The notes beneath the pieces were generated by a model. It did no database searches. It worked only from the letters and a program-made list of their open reading frames with translations, and was not told where the DNA came from. The position numbers and the translations under genes are program-made. From Octopus sinensis (lineage: Eukaryota), in contig NW_021836137.1 in assembly GCF_006345805.1 (NCBI RefSeq), positions 124,001 through 188,000 of the forward strand: a stretch of 64,000 nucleotides of DNA, in the 5' to 3' direction. The first letter of the stretch is position 1. The number at the start of each line of letters is the position of its first letter. This document shows positions 38,691 to 51,608 of the stretch, piece by piece.

Positions 38691-39231
38691 TGTGAATACA
38701 GAATTCAAATTATACAACTCCAACATTGCCCCCACCCCAAAAACAGGTTTTAGAAAATAGTTTCGTTCTGAAGAGATTTATATAATTTAATGAAAATGAA
38801 TGGTGGAATGCTGAATCAGCAAAATTGAGTTCAATTCACATGAGAATGCAAGCTGCAAGTGACAGATGAATTTTACTTTATTTTTGAAAATAAAATTTGA
38901 ATAATACCCATAGTAATCAATGTAAACTTGAATGCTAAGCAGAAATGAAATGAGTAATGGTAACAGAAATAACAAATTAAATTGTTAAGTAAAAAACATA
39001 TTCATTAAGCAAGAAGCATGTCAGAAAATTGGACAAAGAACTGGTTAAATGTACAGTGAGAGCAGGTAAGTAATATGTATGACTATCAGAATAGGTGTAA
39101 GTTAAAATGAATAATAATATGTGGAGGTTCAGAAGAATCAGTCATGTGATATATAGTTGTGTACCTTTATGCACTGGGTTCAAAAGTCAGCAATGTGGAC
39201 ATTGCTTTTTGTTCTCTGGGGGTCAATAAAA

Positions 39232-39873
39232 TCTGTATATCTATAAAAGGCTGGATATGTGTGTGTAGGTGAATGTAATTTATGCACATCCACAAATTAG
39301 GACGCATGTCACTCCAATTTTAGGAGAACATTCATCACGATCCTAGCTGTATTTTCGTCAAATTATTTTTCCCAAGGCACCCATGGATAGCGGTAAAACT
39401 CGATTTTCAGCCATAACTTTTACCAATTTTGAAGTTTGCTAATATGAGTTAAGTCCCTTCTTGCCATAGCAAAGTAAAAATGTGCATATGTGAGGGAGAA
39501 AGAAAGAAGTTGTGTGTTGATGTATGTGTGTGAGGGAGAGAGAGAAGTTGTGTGTTGATGTATGTGTGTGTGTGAGGGAGAGAAAGAGTTTGACAGCATC
39601 TAACAAAAAAAAGGTAAAGACAAAGTGTGTGTGAGGGAGAGAGAGTTCTCAAAAGAAAAAAAAAATAATGATGAGTGGAAATAATTGATAAACCATTTCC
39701 TTATGGGATTTCCCAATCGAATTGCCTGCAACCCATTTTCAGCCAAAGGTTTACCAATTTCAATGGATTTCGCTCAAATTTGATGTCAGTGTCACTTATT
39801 TTGGTTTGAAATAAAGCGCTTGATCACTTAATAATCCTAACTTAACCCGGGCAACACCGGGCTATACTGCTAG
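39232..39873 (+). mobile_element. Non-autonomous Helitron
   Basis: A|TC start ('atctgtatatctataaaagg'), 3' 'cccgggcaacaccggg' hairpin then CTAG|T; internal tandem repeats at 39490-39640. Confidence 0.8.
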
Positions 39874-41367
39874 TAAATACTAATTGAACAATGGAATTTA
39901 GTTTATTTGTGGCACTCATCCACCAAATTGGAAGTCTTATATCTATGTAATAAATCAATGTTTGATGTGAATGGATGGAGAAAGATTGAGAGATGAAAGG
40001 AAGAGCAGAATTGAAGAAGGTAGCCCAAGTAAATATGTACCTAAAGAGATTGTAAACAATATTCACTTAAAAATTAGACAAATAAAATATGCCTAGATGG
40101 ATAATTATTTACAGTAAACACCACTACTGTACATTGTTTTCATGACCTGCATGAACATATTTGCCACCTTACTCTTCTGATTTCATAAATTTTACAAAAT
40201 ACACTAAATTTTTCTAGTTAATCTTTCAAGCAATTAACAACAAACAATTATTCACTAAAAGTCAGAATATCTTATCTCTACCAGCTTAGCACCTTTCCAT
40301 ATAATCTTTCATTATCAACCTATCTTGGCAGAAAAACACATACCAAATTAAAATACAAACTTACAAGTTGGCAAGAGCATTTCCTCTCTTTCTCTCTCAT
40401 AAATTTACTTTCAATTCTGAACTGTGTAATATTAATCTGAAACTCTCTTAGAAAAATACTTTTGATAGTTTATTTGAGGATTTGCTTCCTTTCCTTCATT
40501 TCAATGGCTTTTAATTGCAATTAACATGAATTCTGATTAACTATAATATTAAATTAGGGTAAATACTAGCGAAATAACACAAGATATAGTAAATATTCTA
40601 TCCAATGCTTCATAAAAACATTAATGTTCATCACAAATAATTATATTGGTTGATGTAAAAGACAAAGTTATTTTACTTAATAATTAATATAATTCTATTT
40701 GTTCATATATATTTACATTTTTATATGTTGAACTTATAATTAGATACATAATAACTACTTAATTGTTACACTAAAAACAATACAGCACTGATAGATTGTC
40801 GGTGGGAATTGATTAGGTAATATAAATGAAATTAATAATGGTACCAGAATATCCACAGTAATATTCGATCTTGTTTCTATTCCTCTAGAGTAATATCAAT
40901 TGAGAATTTCTCTTAATTAAAAGGTACCTTAAGAAGAGGAAATTAGAATCAATGTAAAGCAAGTCAGGAAATAGTATATTTTGAATTAATTATGTGTTGT
41001 CTATATATATATCATAACTTCCATTGTTTTCCTTTGTTGTTTCATGTATTTAGAGAAATCTCCTATATAAAGAAGAAAACAAAAAAAACATTCTCATGCA
41101 AAGTGAAAGAATGGAAACAAGTATTTTGGAAATGAAGTATCAAAAATCACCTTATTATGAACCCTGCCTAGCTATGTCTCATTTCTTGTTATATAAAGAA
41201 TTTTGAGTTTATATTGTATATGTGCATGTGTGTGTGTCACATTAACATTATTTATGCCTCTTTCCATAATAGAGGTATGCATTAGACAGGACGTTATTGC
41301 CATCCTTCATGGATCAGATAACCACATCTGACTCAAATACTTCATTTTAACTTGGTTTCTACAGCTG

Positions 41368-41487
41368 GATGCCCTTCCTAAGACCATACACACATCCTTA
41401 CATTATTGATGCCCTTCCTAAGACCATACACACATTCTTACATTATTGATGCCCTTCCTAAGACCGTACACTCATTCTTACATTATT
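41368..41487. repeat. 40-bp minisatellite, 3 copies
   Basis: Unit gatgcccttcctaagaccatacacacat(c/t)cttacattatt, head-to-tail with no spacers. Confidence 0.95.
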
Positions 41488-43259
41488 GTTAAAGTTTATT
41501 ATTTTGTTATTACAAACATCACATTGTATATCAACAAAAATGCATTTTTTTAAATACTGTATATTGTGTATTGTGTGTGTGTGTATAAGATACTGTATAA
41601 TCCAATACTCTATTTGTTTCCATAATAACCATTCTCATTTTGGAGATTACAAACATCAGGAAATATTTATTTCTTGCGGATCATTGTATTATCTAGGTAA
41701 TATCAAATTTTAAAAAAGCTAAAACAGAAGAGATGCCAGAAATATATCATACTGGGTTTTTGGGCATTAGATAGGAAGATCCTTTCAGCATAACATTGTT
41801 TTATTATACATGCTACCATGCTTCTTGTATATTGTTGTTATGGTGACAGCTGTAACCACTCTGATACAGCCATATCCATGTAAAACAGATAACTCGATGA
41901 GAGTAAAAGTAAATACACATTAATTCATAAACATTTGTAAATAGTTTAAGTTTTATGCTTGCAGTTAATTCAGATATACTAGATTTTGAACTATCATTTC
42001 CATTCATAAGCAGTCATTTTCAGATATCATGGGAATTTTGTATGGATGGTCAACACAATATTGTAATGGTTAACCATCAAATATATTTGTTTTATAAAGT
42101 AATAATAATCCTGGAGAAAATTTGACCTTAAAAATGTTTCAATTCCGATCAGCAGTAAAGAATTTATTGCATACTTGGCCAAGATAATACTGTAACATAT
42201 CTAGCTCTAAATAAGCACTACAGATATTATAATTAACTAATGTCAGCAACAACATGAGGAACTGCATTGTGCTTGCTTGAAGTTTTAGAAATAGTAACCA
42301 AACAATCCTCAAATAGTAAAATAACTTTCTTTGAAAAGAAAGAACATATTGGACATTGCAGTCTTAGATGCCTGAAAAAAGAATGAGGGTTGGTCATGGA
42401 CAGTAGATGAAAAACAATAAACTAACCTAGAGAAGATTTCTATCAAATCCTCTTAATACTATTGAAAACCAGAGATCTGCACTGGCCTTATAGATCCTTA
42501 CAATTCAGATAGCATTAGCTTGTTACTGTCTTAATGCTTTAGTTTCTCAAATGGCTAGATAGTTCAGCTTTTCTTCAAGCAGTATTATAAGAGGTATCAT
42601 GAGGTCATCATGCAATTTCTTAACAACTTACATTGCCTCAATGACTGTGATGATTACTAAACTGGTGGGATTTTTACCATGATGATTATTTCTATATGTT
42701 CTTCCATCTTCTTTTTATAAATCATAAAACATAGAATTTACCATTACCACAGGATACTGCAAATTTCAGCTAAAACTGAAATGGGTTCCTTTCACATATT
42801 TGCGAAAAAAGGTATTATCTGCTCTTATAAATGAAGTTTTTCATTACCACTTACCTGAAAAATACAAAAACAAAAAATGCAATGTAGATTTTATTTCTAA
42901 ATACATGAAAATTAACAAATTATCAAATTGCAAAAACAATATATTGAAAATTAGAGAAATCAAATAGAATTTTTTTTAAATACACTATTGGACAATTCTC
43001 CCTTTACTTCTAATTTTTGTTACCTTTGGTCCCAACTTAAACCTATACAACACCTACTATTAACACAGAAACAACACTGACTAGTCACCTCTGAGACACT
43101 ACTCATTCATCCCTAATCTCCATATCATCTCTCTTGTTCAGGCTAATTTTACATATTTTTTTTTTCAAAATCATACAAAATTTATAGTCACTCCTGAACA
43201 TTTAGAACAAAATCATGCTATGCTAATTCACGTACTGTATCCTCTCCAAACTATTCCAA

Positions 43260-43720
43260 TCACTGTATACTATTCTGCAACCAAGATAGTTTTATATGCA
43301 GCACCATAAAAGGCAGTGAATTTGCTGGCAGACCTGCTTCCAACACAACAGAGCAAAAATTCAACAAACCTTCTACATACTCTCCATCTCTGCTCCATCA
43401 GCCTCAATATCACATACACAAAGCTGGTTGCATTACTCGAACAATTCTTCAGTCACTACTGTTCAATAAAGCAACCAATTCTTAGAAGGGTTATTTCCTG
43501 AGATAGCACTAATCTTACCAAACTCTTAAATCTCTCTCTCTCTCTAAAGGTAGTATCTCACCCAAGCTATAGAATAGCATGACACTATGTCCAATTCCCA
43601 AGGAAAACTATTACTCTGAACCTACCAGTTCCTCCTATACTTCCACTAGTTTCAACAACTCAAAGATGATTGAAACAATCGAAAACAACAACATTCTGGT
43701 GTCTCCTACACTTTTCAAGA
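43260..43720 (+). mobile_element. Old CR1/L2-group LINE RT fragment
   Basis: Remnants 'LQSLLFNKA', 'LLNLSLSKG' and 'LCPIPKE..SEP....SKMIETI' resemble L.SL...KA.GPD / .PIPKKG...P.NYRPI...SKV.E. Confidence 0.5.
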
Positions 43721-44052
43721 ATCAGTAGCATTATTTCTGCAAAGTGCCTCTTCAGAGATCTACAGAGTTCACAGATGGTTCTCCTGCTTTTGATAACTTG
43801 ATGAAAGCAAGACTGTTATCTTGAACTAAAGCAAACCATATTATGTTGTCTTCCAGTTGGTTCTATTCTTCATAATCTCATGAATTGGATGCTAGTTCAT
43901 CAGGTATTTTTGCAGTCTAAATTTCGACAAACTCAGAATTGTGCCATGGTTTAGTTATGTCTTTCATGCTCTTTTGTTTACACTAAATTTCATAATTTAG
44001 GGGACATTATAACCAAGTTACCCAACACATTTACCTCTCTCCCCTCACCCTA

Positions 44053-44426
44053 ATAATGGCTGTGAGGTAAGAATCTTGCTTCCCAACCAAATGATTTCAG
44101 GTTCAGTCCCATTGCTTAAGAACTTGGGCAACTGTCTTCTACTATAGCCTGAGGCTGACCAAAGCCTTGTGAGTTGATTTGGCAGAGAGAAACTGAATAG
44201 AAATCTGTCGTGTGTGTGTGTGTGCTTGTCTTCCACAACTGCTTGACTACTGGTGTTGCTTTGTTTATGTCCCTATAACCTAGTGGTTCCATGAAAGAGG
44301 CCAATAGAATAAGTACCAGACTTTTAAAAAATTAAGCACTGAGGTCAATTCATTCAAAATAAAATTCAAGTTGCTGCCCTGGCATAGCACAATCTGATGG
44401 CTGAACCAAATAAAAAAATTAAAAGA
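44053..44426 (+). mobile_element. tRNA-derived SINE (family of 499-883)
   Basis: Head, 'ctactatagcctgaggctgaccaaagccttgtgag' body and A-rich tail. Confidence 0.85.
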
Positions 44427-46479
44427 TCCTTCTTTCATCAATTTCTATTCATTGTGCTAAACACTTCACTCAATTATTTTTTCATTAGATCTGTGCCCAC
44501 CTTTTTCTTACCTATGTTTTAAAATAAAAATTTAAACTGAACATCATCAATATGAACTCTACCAGAACAGAAAAGCATACAGAAGTCAGGGATGCCACAT
44601 ACTCTCAATAGACAAAATTTTAAAAATACACAGGTGTGTGTTTGGGTATGTTGAAAAATAATCTTTATCACAAAAATGGGATTTATCTCACTGTTATACC
44701 ACATTATCAAAATAAAATAAACTGTGCTATATATAATGGGTAACTGACGCCCCTTTTAACAACTCTTGGATAACTGAACAGGGTCAGAACCTGAATTAAT
44801 TGCATGAAATATTTAGCCATATGCATTTTATAGCAATGTATTTTTCCTGTCAAATCCATTTATCACTTTATAATTTTCTGCAAGGTTAATTAAGTCAAGT
44901 AAAGAGGTTTATCTAAGGGCACAACACATTACTGGTAATAAACTTTGAGCTTATGGCCTTCAAGTGAATAATGCAAAATCTCAATCATTTGATCATACTT
45001 TTTTATATCTTTTATCAGAAATTAAAATTTTCTTAAAATGATTTCACTTAAAATGAAACATATTTTTGATAAAATCCATCTACAGGAGCAAAAATGATAC
45101 TACATATATAAATGGAAGCTATTAAGAACACGATTATGCATAAGAAGTTAACAGCTATTCCATAAATGTATATAATATATAGAAAATAAACTGAACATTA
45201 TGAATGAAAAACAAATGTTTAAGAGATAGCATCCTTTTAAACAAAGTGCTGTATTCATTCCTCACTTACTAGATGATGATGATGATGATGATGATAACAA
45301 CAACACAGATGATGATGATGAGTAAATAGTGGTGATGGTGATAATGATATATTATGGGGTTTGTTATTTTGTATCAGATTTGTTTCAGATCTTTGTAGCT
45401 CTTGCCTTACAGGATCCATTTTTGATAGAATCTTGCCACGCCGATAATAATATAATGCCCAGAGACATCAATTAAAGAGAGAGATTCTGATGACAAAAAT
45501 CAGGAATTTCTCTCACTTACAATATTCACACATTCTTACAGTCACGAACACTTTTATGCTGATGGAAATGAAAACATAGTTTTACTTCATAGTTTTGATT
45601 GCTACATGCTTCCAAGATATATGGATGCTAACTGCATTTAACTTGAATATTATTACAGACTGTTATCAAATTAATGTATGTGCACAAACTTTGTATACAT
45701 GAATGTGTATGTACAGTCAAATGTAAGTATATATATATGTGTGTGTATGAGAGGAGCTATCTATGTGCAACTCAAGTTGTTTATATATGTGAGTATGTTT
45801 TCAATCCTTAATAGTTTGGCTTTCATGACAATGTCGAAATTTACTCTGCAACTGGCATGCTTATAAAGACATATTCTTCTTTTATGTAAATATATAACGT
45901 AAAATACTGAAATAACAAAATCAAGGGCATTAACGGAAACTAAAGATGGAAAAAGTGCTGAAAGACTTGAAGAAGAAAGTTGGAGGTATAGAAGTTACAA
46001 GAAAGATCATGAAGAATTATAATAGCTATGTGCTTTCATATACTGTACTAATTTAAAGAAAACCATGACAAACATTCTCTTACACCCAATAGTTGTAAAG
46101 AGAAAATAACAGATTATATTCAGAATATTGATTTATTTTTTCAACAACCAGTTTCTCTATATTATATACCTATAATTTCTTGAGAAATCAGAATATATTT
46201 TGACGACTATAGTAGATATAATTTATGTATTTAATTATCATTTGTCTGCCATGTTATAATGAGGCAAATATATTTACAAGAATTATAACAGCAATTTATT
46301 TTAAAGCTAGATGCTAATAGCCTTCTCTCAACTAACTCACTGATGATGGCCTATATTTTTAAGGCAAGCTGTATTAAATATGAATCTCATAAATACAAAC
46401 ATTGTGCCAGTCACAATATTTTAAGTCAAATGTATTATCACCAATGCAACTACTCTCTTATGTTCATATGACACCATAG

Positions 46480-46544
46480 GAATACATTTGTTGAAAATGT
46501 ATTCATACGTTTATACTATATTACATGCTGATAGCCTGAGAAAG
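46480..46544 (+). CDS. Candidate exon (phase 1->0), xIHLLKMYSYVYTILHADSLRK
   Basis: Acceptor 'ctctcttatgttcatatgacaccatag|', consensus donor AAG|GTAAGT; only one frame is open. Confidence 0.3.
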
Positions 46545-47504
46545 GTAAGTTATTCTGATGTTTAATTCATATATACAAACACTAATTTACATATTAATGA
46601 ATAAAGAAGGAGAATAGACAAAACAAAATATTTGGTTGTTAACTCCATATTATTCTGGAGTTTTATTTTTGTGAAAGACATTTTGAGTAATTATTGCTCA
46701 TTGTCTTTTGTTGTTGTTGTTTTTTTCTTACGGCAAGAACACAGTAAGAAATGAGAAAAAAATTGCTAAAAAGTGGTAATATGAGTAACGAATGTAATTT
46801 CTTAGTACACAAACTTGACAGAAGCAATACACAGCCAATTTAATGAAGCACACTACTTAAATAATACTAAGTTTGTATATTAATAACTTCTATATTACAT
46901 ATTGATAGAAGCTCAAACAGTAAAAATCAAGGAAAATATAACACTACACTTTGGTTTCACACACTTAAAATGAAATGGACCTTATGAATTTTTAAAATCT
47001 CCATTGAAAAAGAAAAAGAAGTTAAACACAGTAGTTAGGAATATTCAGCATTCAGAAAATTGTAATTTTAGAAGGGGCAAGTTGTATGATTTTAAGTAAG
47101 AAGTAAGCCTGATGGGTTGTGTCAAAAACTGCTTCTATACAGAGAAAAAAGTAAAATAAAGATGATCAATATCTAATAATCAATATCTAAGTAAATGAAT
47201 ATTTCATAAATTAATGAACTTATATTGTTTGTTGATTTTGCTATGACCAAATATTTCATAATATGAAAATACAAGATTACTGATTTGTCTGAGTTTAAAA
47301 TTTATATTTTAACAAGAATAAGAAATGTGAGACAAAATAGCAAATAGGAATTCTTTGAATCAAGGGGTTCTTTAATCACAGTAAATGTTAACTAAATTGA
47401 AATTTACAACATTTTGATTAAGCCCATTATAACATGGAAAATAGTTATATGCTCATTGTACATACTGCTACTGTTACAGATGAAGATTAATTTTCTATAA
47501 GTCT

Positions 47505-47893
47505 GGAATGGGATGGAAGCACTCCGTCGGTTACGACGACGAGGGTTCCGGTTGATCCGAATCAACGGAACAGCCTGCTCGTGAAATTAACGTGTAAGTG
47601 GATGAGCACTCCACAGACACGTGTACCCTTAATGTAGTTCTCGGGGATATTCAGCGTGACACAGGGAGTGACAAGGCTGGCCCTTTGAAATACAGGTACA
47701 ACAGAAACAGGAAGTAAGAGTGAGAGAAAGTTGTGGTGAAAGAGTACAGCAGGGATCACCACCATCCCCTGCCAGAGCCTCGTGGAGCTTTAGGTGTTTT
47801 CGCTCAATAAACACTCACAACGCCCGGTCTGGGAATCGAAACCGCGATCCTATGACCGTGAGTCTGCTGCCCTAACCACTGGGCCATTGCGCC
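47505..47893 (-). mobile_element. Young tRNA-derived SINE (OR-like) with 11-bp TSD
   Basis: Head with box A TGGCCCAGTGG and box B-like GTTTCGATTCC; many CpGs retained; TCTATAAGTCT at 47494-47504 and 47894-47904. Confidence 0.9.
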
Positions 47894-48552
47894 TCTATAA
47901 GTCTACCTGTCATCCCACTACACTTGTGTGTCCATATCTTAATTTAGGTACAGCACATGAAGTTTATGGCTTTTGTTTTCAGCTTATACATATACCAGTG
48001 TGTTTTCAATAGAATATGGTGACTATCATTTTATAATTCTTTTAGTAAAATAATAATTCCAGAAAATAGAAATAATAGTTCAAAATAATCTCTAAAATAG
48101 CTTTAAAATCATTGCAGAAATATGGTTGTTTTTTCTATTTTGTGTGTGTGTGTGCATGTGCATCTGCAATAATTCACTTTTGCTTCAAATGCTTTTTTGA
48201 ATGAACAGATAATATCAAATCCTCTCATTAAAACCATTCCAGTTCATAATTACTGATAACTAACCAACTTTAATTTAATTTTAATTACAAATAAAACAAT
48301 TAAAAATTACAATATTTACTTCTTAAATGAAAAATTGCAGCTACACACAGACACTAATGGTCAAACATAGTAGTTGTGCAACAGAAATATTTATTGCCTT
48401 GACAGAGAAGGTAGTTTCTTACAGCTGAAAATCTTGAGAGTGGTAATTCTTTTCTTTCTTTCTGTCTTAATAACAAATATAAAAAATAAACAGAACAAAA
48501 CTGAACTGAGTTCAGAAACTTAAACAGAGACAATACTTTTCAACAACCCTGT

Positions 48553-48884
48553 AAAGACCCCCTTCGGTCATGAATGACCATGGGATTGCACCTAGAAAGT
48601 TACCCTCCTAGACACAAGTCCGGGCAAGGTTGTTTATGGAAACCAGCAGTCGCCCATGCATACCAGCCTCCCCTCTCCACGCCACCAGTGTTATCCAAGG
48701 GAAAGACAAAGGTCGATACAGCTTGGCACCTGTGATGTCGCAATTCATTTCTACAGCTGAGTGAACTGGAGCAACGTGAAATAAAGTGCCTTGCTCAAGA
48801 ACACAACATCCAGCCCGGTCCGGGATTCAAGCTCACAACCTCACGATCGTAAGCTCGACGCTCTAACCACTGAGCTATGCGCCT
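48553..48884 (-). mobile_element. Young tRNA-derived SINE, second family
   Basis: Head 'ggcgcatagctcagtggttagagcgtcg...ttgaatcccgg', body 'gcaagg cactttatttcacgttgctccagttcactcagctgtagaa', CpG-rich. Confidence 0.85.
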
Positions 48885-49559
48885 GTACCAAGCATATAAT
48901 TAAATGTTTGGGATTACCAAGAACCAGACTTCAATGATTATTAACAATATGTAATTCTCACGCTTCTTGATTAAGGACCTGACTATAGAGAAATCACCTA
49001 ACTCAAAATGTACTTTCTTCAGGGTTTAATGTATATTAACAAATGTGGGTGGGGGAAGAAAAAATGATTTTAGATATGCATTATATTTAATAGCCTGTAT
49101 GCTTGTGGGTACAAGAATTATGAAGACAAATTTATATGTTGCAATCTCATACAATGACAAAAACTGTTATAGCATTCTTTACATACACATTAGCCAAGCT
49201 GCTTTGGTGTGTCATATTCTATATCATCAACAACATCATCATCATCACCATTAACCATATTATCATCACTATGACTACTATCGTTTGCACCACTATCTAA
49301 CCTACATAATGTCTATTCATTTGCTCACAAGTATCAGATAGTCTGTCTTAGCCAAAAAAAAAAAACCAATCTAAAGATTGGTCCTCTCTTTATTGTGTTG
49401 TCTTCTGTTGATTCATTCCTTTCTTTCCCAAGCAACTTTGTAGCAGAGAGCTAGAAGAAGAATAGAAAAGCAACAAAGAGAGATTAGGGTGGAGCGGGGA
49501 GGAGAGGAAAATGTGAGTAACAAGAGAGTAAGAGGAGGTGACATAACAAAGTCACATTA

Positions 49560-49920
49560 CATCTGTTGGTCATAGTAAATAGAAGCAACATGACCAAGAG
49601 GGTGGTGAAATAAAAGACAAGTGAAGTGATAGAATAGTGAAGGAGGGAATGAAAGACAGCTAGATGATGACTATTGGTAAAGGGATTGAATAAGAACAGT
49701 ATGAAAAACATGTCAGAAGAGGGAAAGAATAACTGCAGAGGCACAAGGGGCATAGTGAAATTACTGGTAGGCTTAGAGTCAAAAATCTTCATATGTGGCA
49801 TATGTATAGCAGCAGTTAGCCATAAGAGTACATATGAAAATGATTCCTTTGAGCATATGCTCAAAAGGCTCTCTAGAAGTCATTGATAGATTGTATTATC
49901 TCAATGATCCTAATCAGCTG
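49560..49920 (+). mobile_element. Old RTE fragment
   Basis: 'KIFICGICIAAV...GSLEVIDRLYYLND' resembles 'F.CGRC...GSLEVVDSFCYLGD'. Confidence 0.55.
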
Positions 49921-50075
49921 TGGAAATAGATGCAAGAAAAAAACGAGAGGGTGACAGAAGAAAACAAATGAAGCATGTCACTAATGAGTGATAGAAAAAG
50001 AGATAAAAATCCTTAAAATCCTTAAAAATGTTTTAGCCTGAAGGCCGCGGCCATGCTGGGGCACCACTGCTGAAT

Positions 50076-50275
50076 GAGCCACACTAATTTGTGAATCCAC
50101 CTCTGATACGTGGCACTTGATCAACAAGGGAGTTCGATGCTGCTGCCCGCATGTGTCTCCTGTCGTGAGGTAGGTTCATCTGGGACTCCCGACAAGAAGA
50201 GATCCAGTTTAGTTTTAAAGAAACCCACATCCACACCATGTAAGTCTCTCAGGCATTTAGGGAGATATGCGAGAA
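50076..50275 (-). mobile_element. CR1-group LINE 3' end
   Basis: 'LPKCLRDLHGVDVGFFKTKLDLFLSGVPDEPTSRQE..RAAASNSLVDQ' with one frameshift. Confidence 0.75.
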
Positions 50276-50299
50276 AGAGAGAGAGAGTGATTATTAAGG

Positions 50300-50495
50300 C
50301 AGCTAACTGGCAGAACTGTTAGCACATCTGAAAGAATGCATAGTGGCATTTTGTTTGTCTTTACATTCCAAGTTCATACGATACTCATGCTGACTTTGCC
50401 TTTCATCTTTCCGTGATTGATAAAATAAGTACCAACTCAGCACTACAATCAGTTGTCCACCTCCCACAAAGTTTCAGACCTTGTGCCTACAATAG
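50300..50495 (+). mobile_element. Nin/Deu-like SINE
   Basis: 'gcagaactgttagca...gactttgcctttcatctttccgtgattgataaaataagtacc'. Confidence 0.7.
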
Positions 50496-50499
50496 AAAT

Positions 50500-51125
50500 C
50501 ATCATCATCATTATAATCATCATTTTATGAGTGCTTTTCCATGCTTGCATGAGTCGGATGGGTCTTCTACATCACAGTATATTTGCCATTTGTTGCAATC
50601 CTTTGTGCATCTCCTTCATAAGGTTGAGGCTTCTGAAGCCAGTTTTATCAATACATCCCATGTTTTACTTGAACTTCTACTTCTAGAACTTCCATTCAAT
50701 TTGAGTACTGAGTACTTATTTATACAGCTGTGTTGCATATAGCGGATTCCTATATTTATAAGCAGTCTCCATATGCATCAAATGTTTGCTGCAATGCAGT
50801 CTTCTTACTTTCACATTACATCTGATTTGTCTTATAACAAGTTTTTTTCTCTCAGCTTTTGTATTTGTTATTCAAGCAAACTTACAATGTATATCCGACT
50901 GATTATACTCACTTTCAAGACTATGTAAATCCCCCACATTCAAGGCCCACATCTTGCTACCATGTAGTATCGTATTTCATACACAAGCATTATAAAATCT
51001 TCCCCTGACATAGAGACAGGCCCCCCTCCCCCATTAATGCCAGAAATGGTAACACTCCCTAAGCTCTTCCCACATTTTATTATTCTTGCTACTATACTTT
51101 TAGAATGCCCACCTCTAATCAGAGA
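50500..51125 (-). mobile_element. Decayed RTE 3' region
   Basis: 'GGHSKSIVARI...GLSL..GRFYNACV..ILHGSKMWALN' (frameshifted) plus the (GAT)n tail near 50500. Confidence 0.65.
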
Positions 51126-51294
51126 TATTGGGATTTTGTGATTTCTTAAAGGGAAAATTGGTTTATTATCTAATCAGCTGAAAAAGATGAGAGATTTGTA
51201 CCAAAGGAAGGAATACTATAAGTAGCTTCCATATTAGTGGGATGTAAAGGATGTAGTTTAGGTTGGATGAAATTGACAGATTTATAATTATATG

Positions 51295-51608
51295 TTTTTG
51301 GTTGTTTCATGCTGAGGCCGTCCTTTAAAGGTTGTGGGTTGGTCATGTCAATTCTGGAAGTATTTCAGTCAAGTGGTTATTTTATTGATTTCCATTTATC
51401 AGATGGCTATGAAAAGGTAACTCAATGTATCAGTTTACACTGATACACACACACACAGTTTCTACCCACCAAATTCCATTCCCAAGGCACACATCAACCA
51501 AATGCTGAAGTGGAAGACATCTGTGCAAGGTGCTACACATTGAAATCAATCCAGGAACCACTTAGTTGTGAAACCAACTTCTTAATCTTACAGATATGTC
51601 AGTACCTA
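51295..51608 (-). mobile_element. Decayed SINE(s)
   Basis: Reverse complement of SINE tail, body and head blocks. Confidence 0.6.

Noticed and set aside
41368-41487. CRISPR-like direct repeats
   Set aside because: No spacers, eukaryotic context, no cas genes.
47820-48884. tRNA-like sequences (47820-47893, 48810-48884)
   Set aside because: They are SINE heads continuing into SINE bodies, with no complete cloverleaf acceptor stem.
51403-51416. 14-nt microexon candidate (tttatcag|atggctatgaaaag|gtaact)
   Set aside because: It lies inside a decayed SINE whose reverse complement supplies these motifs.
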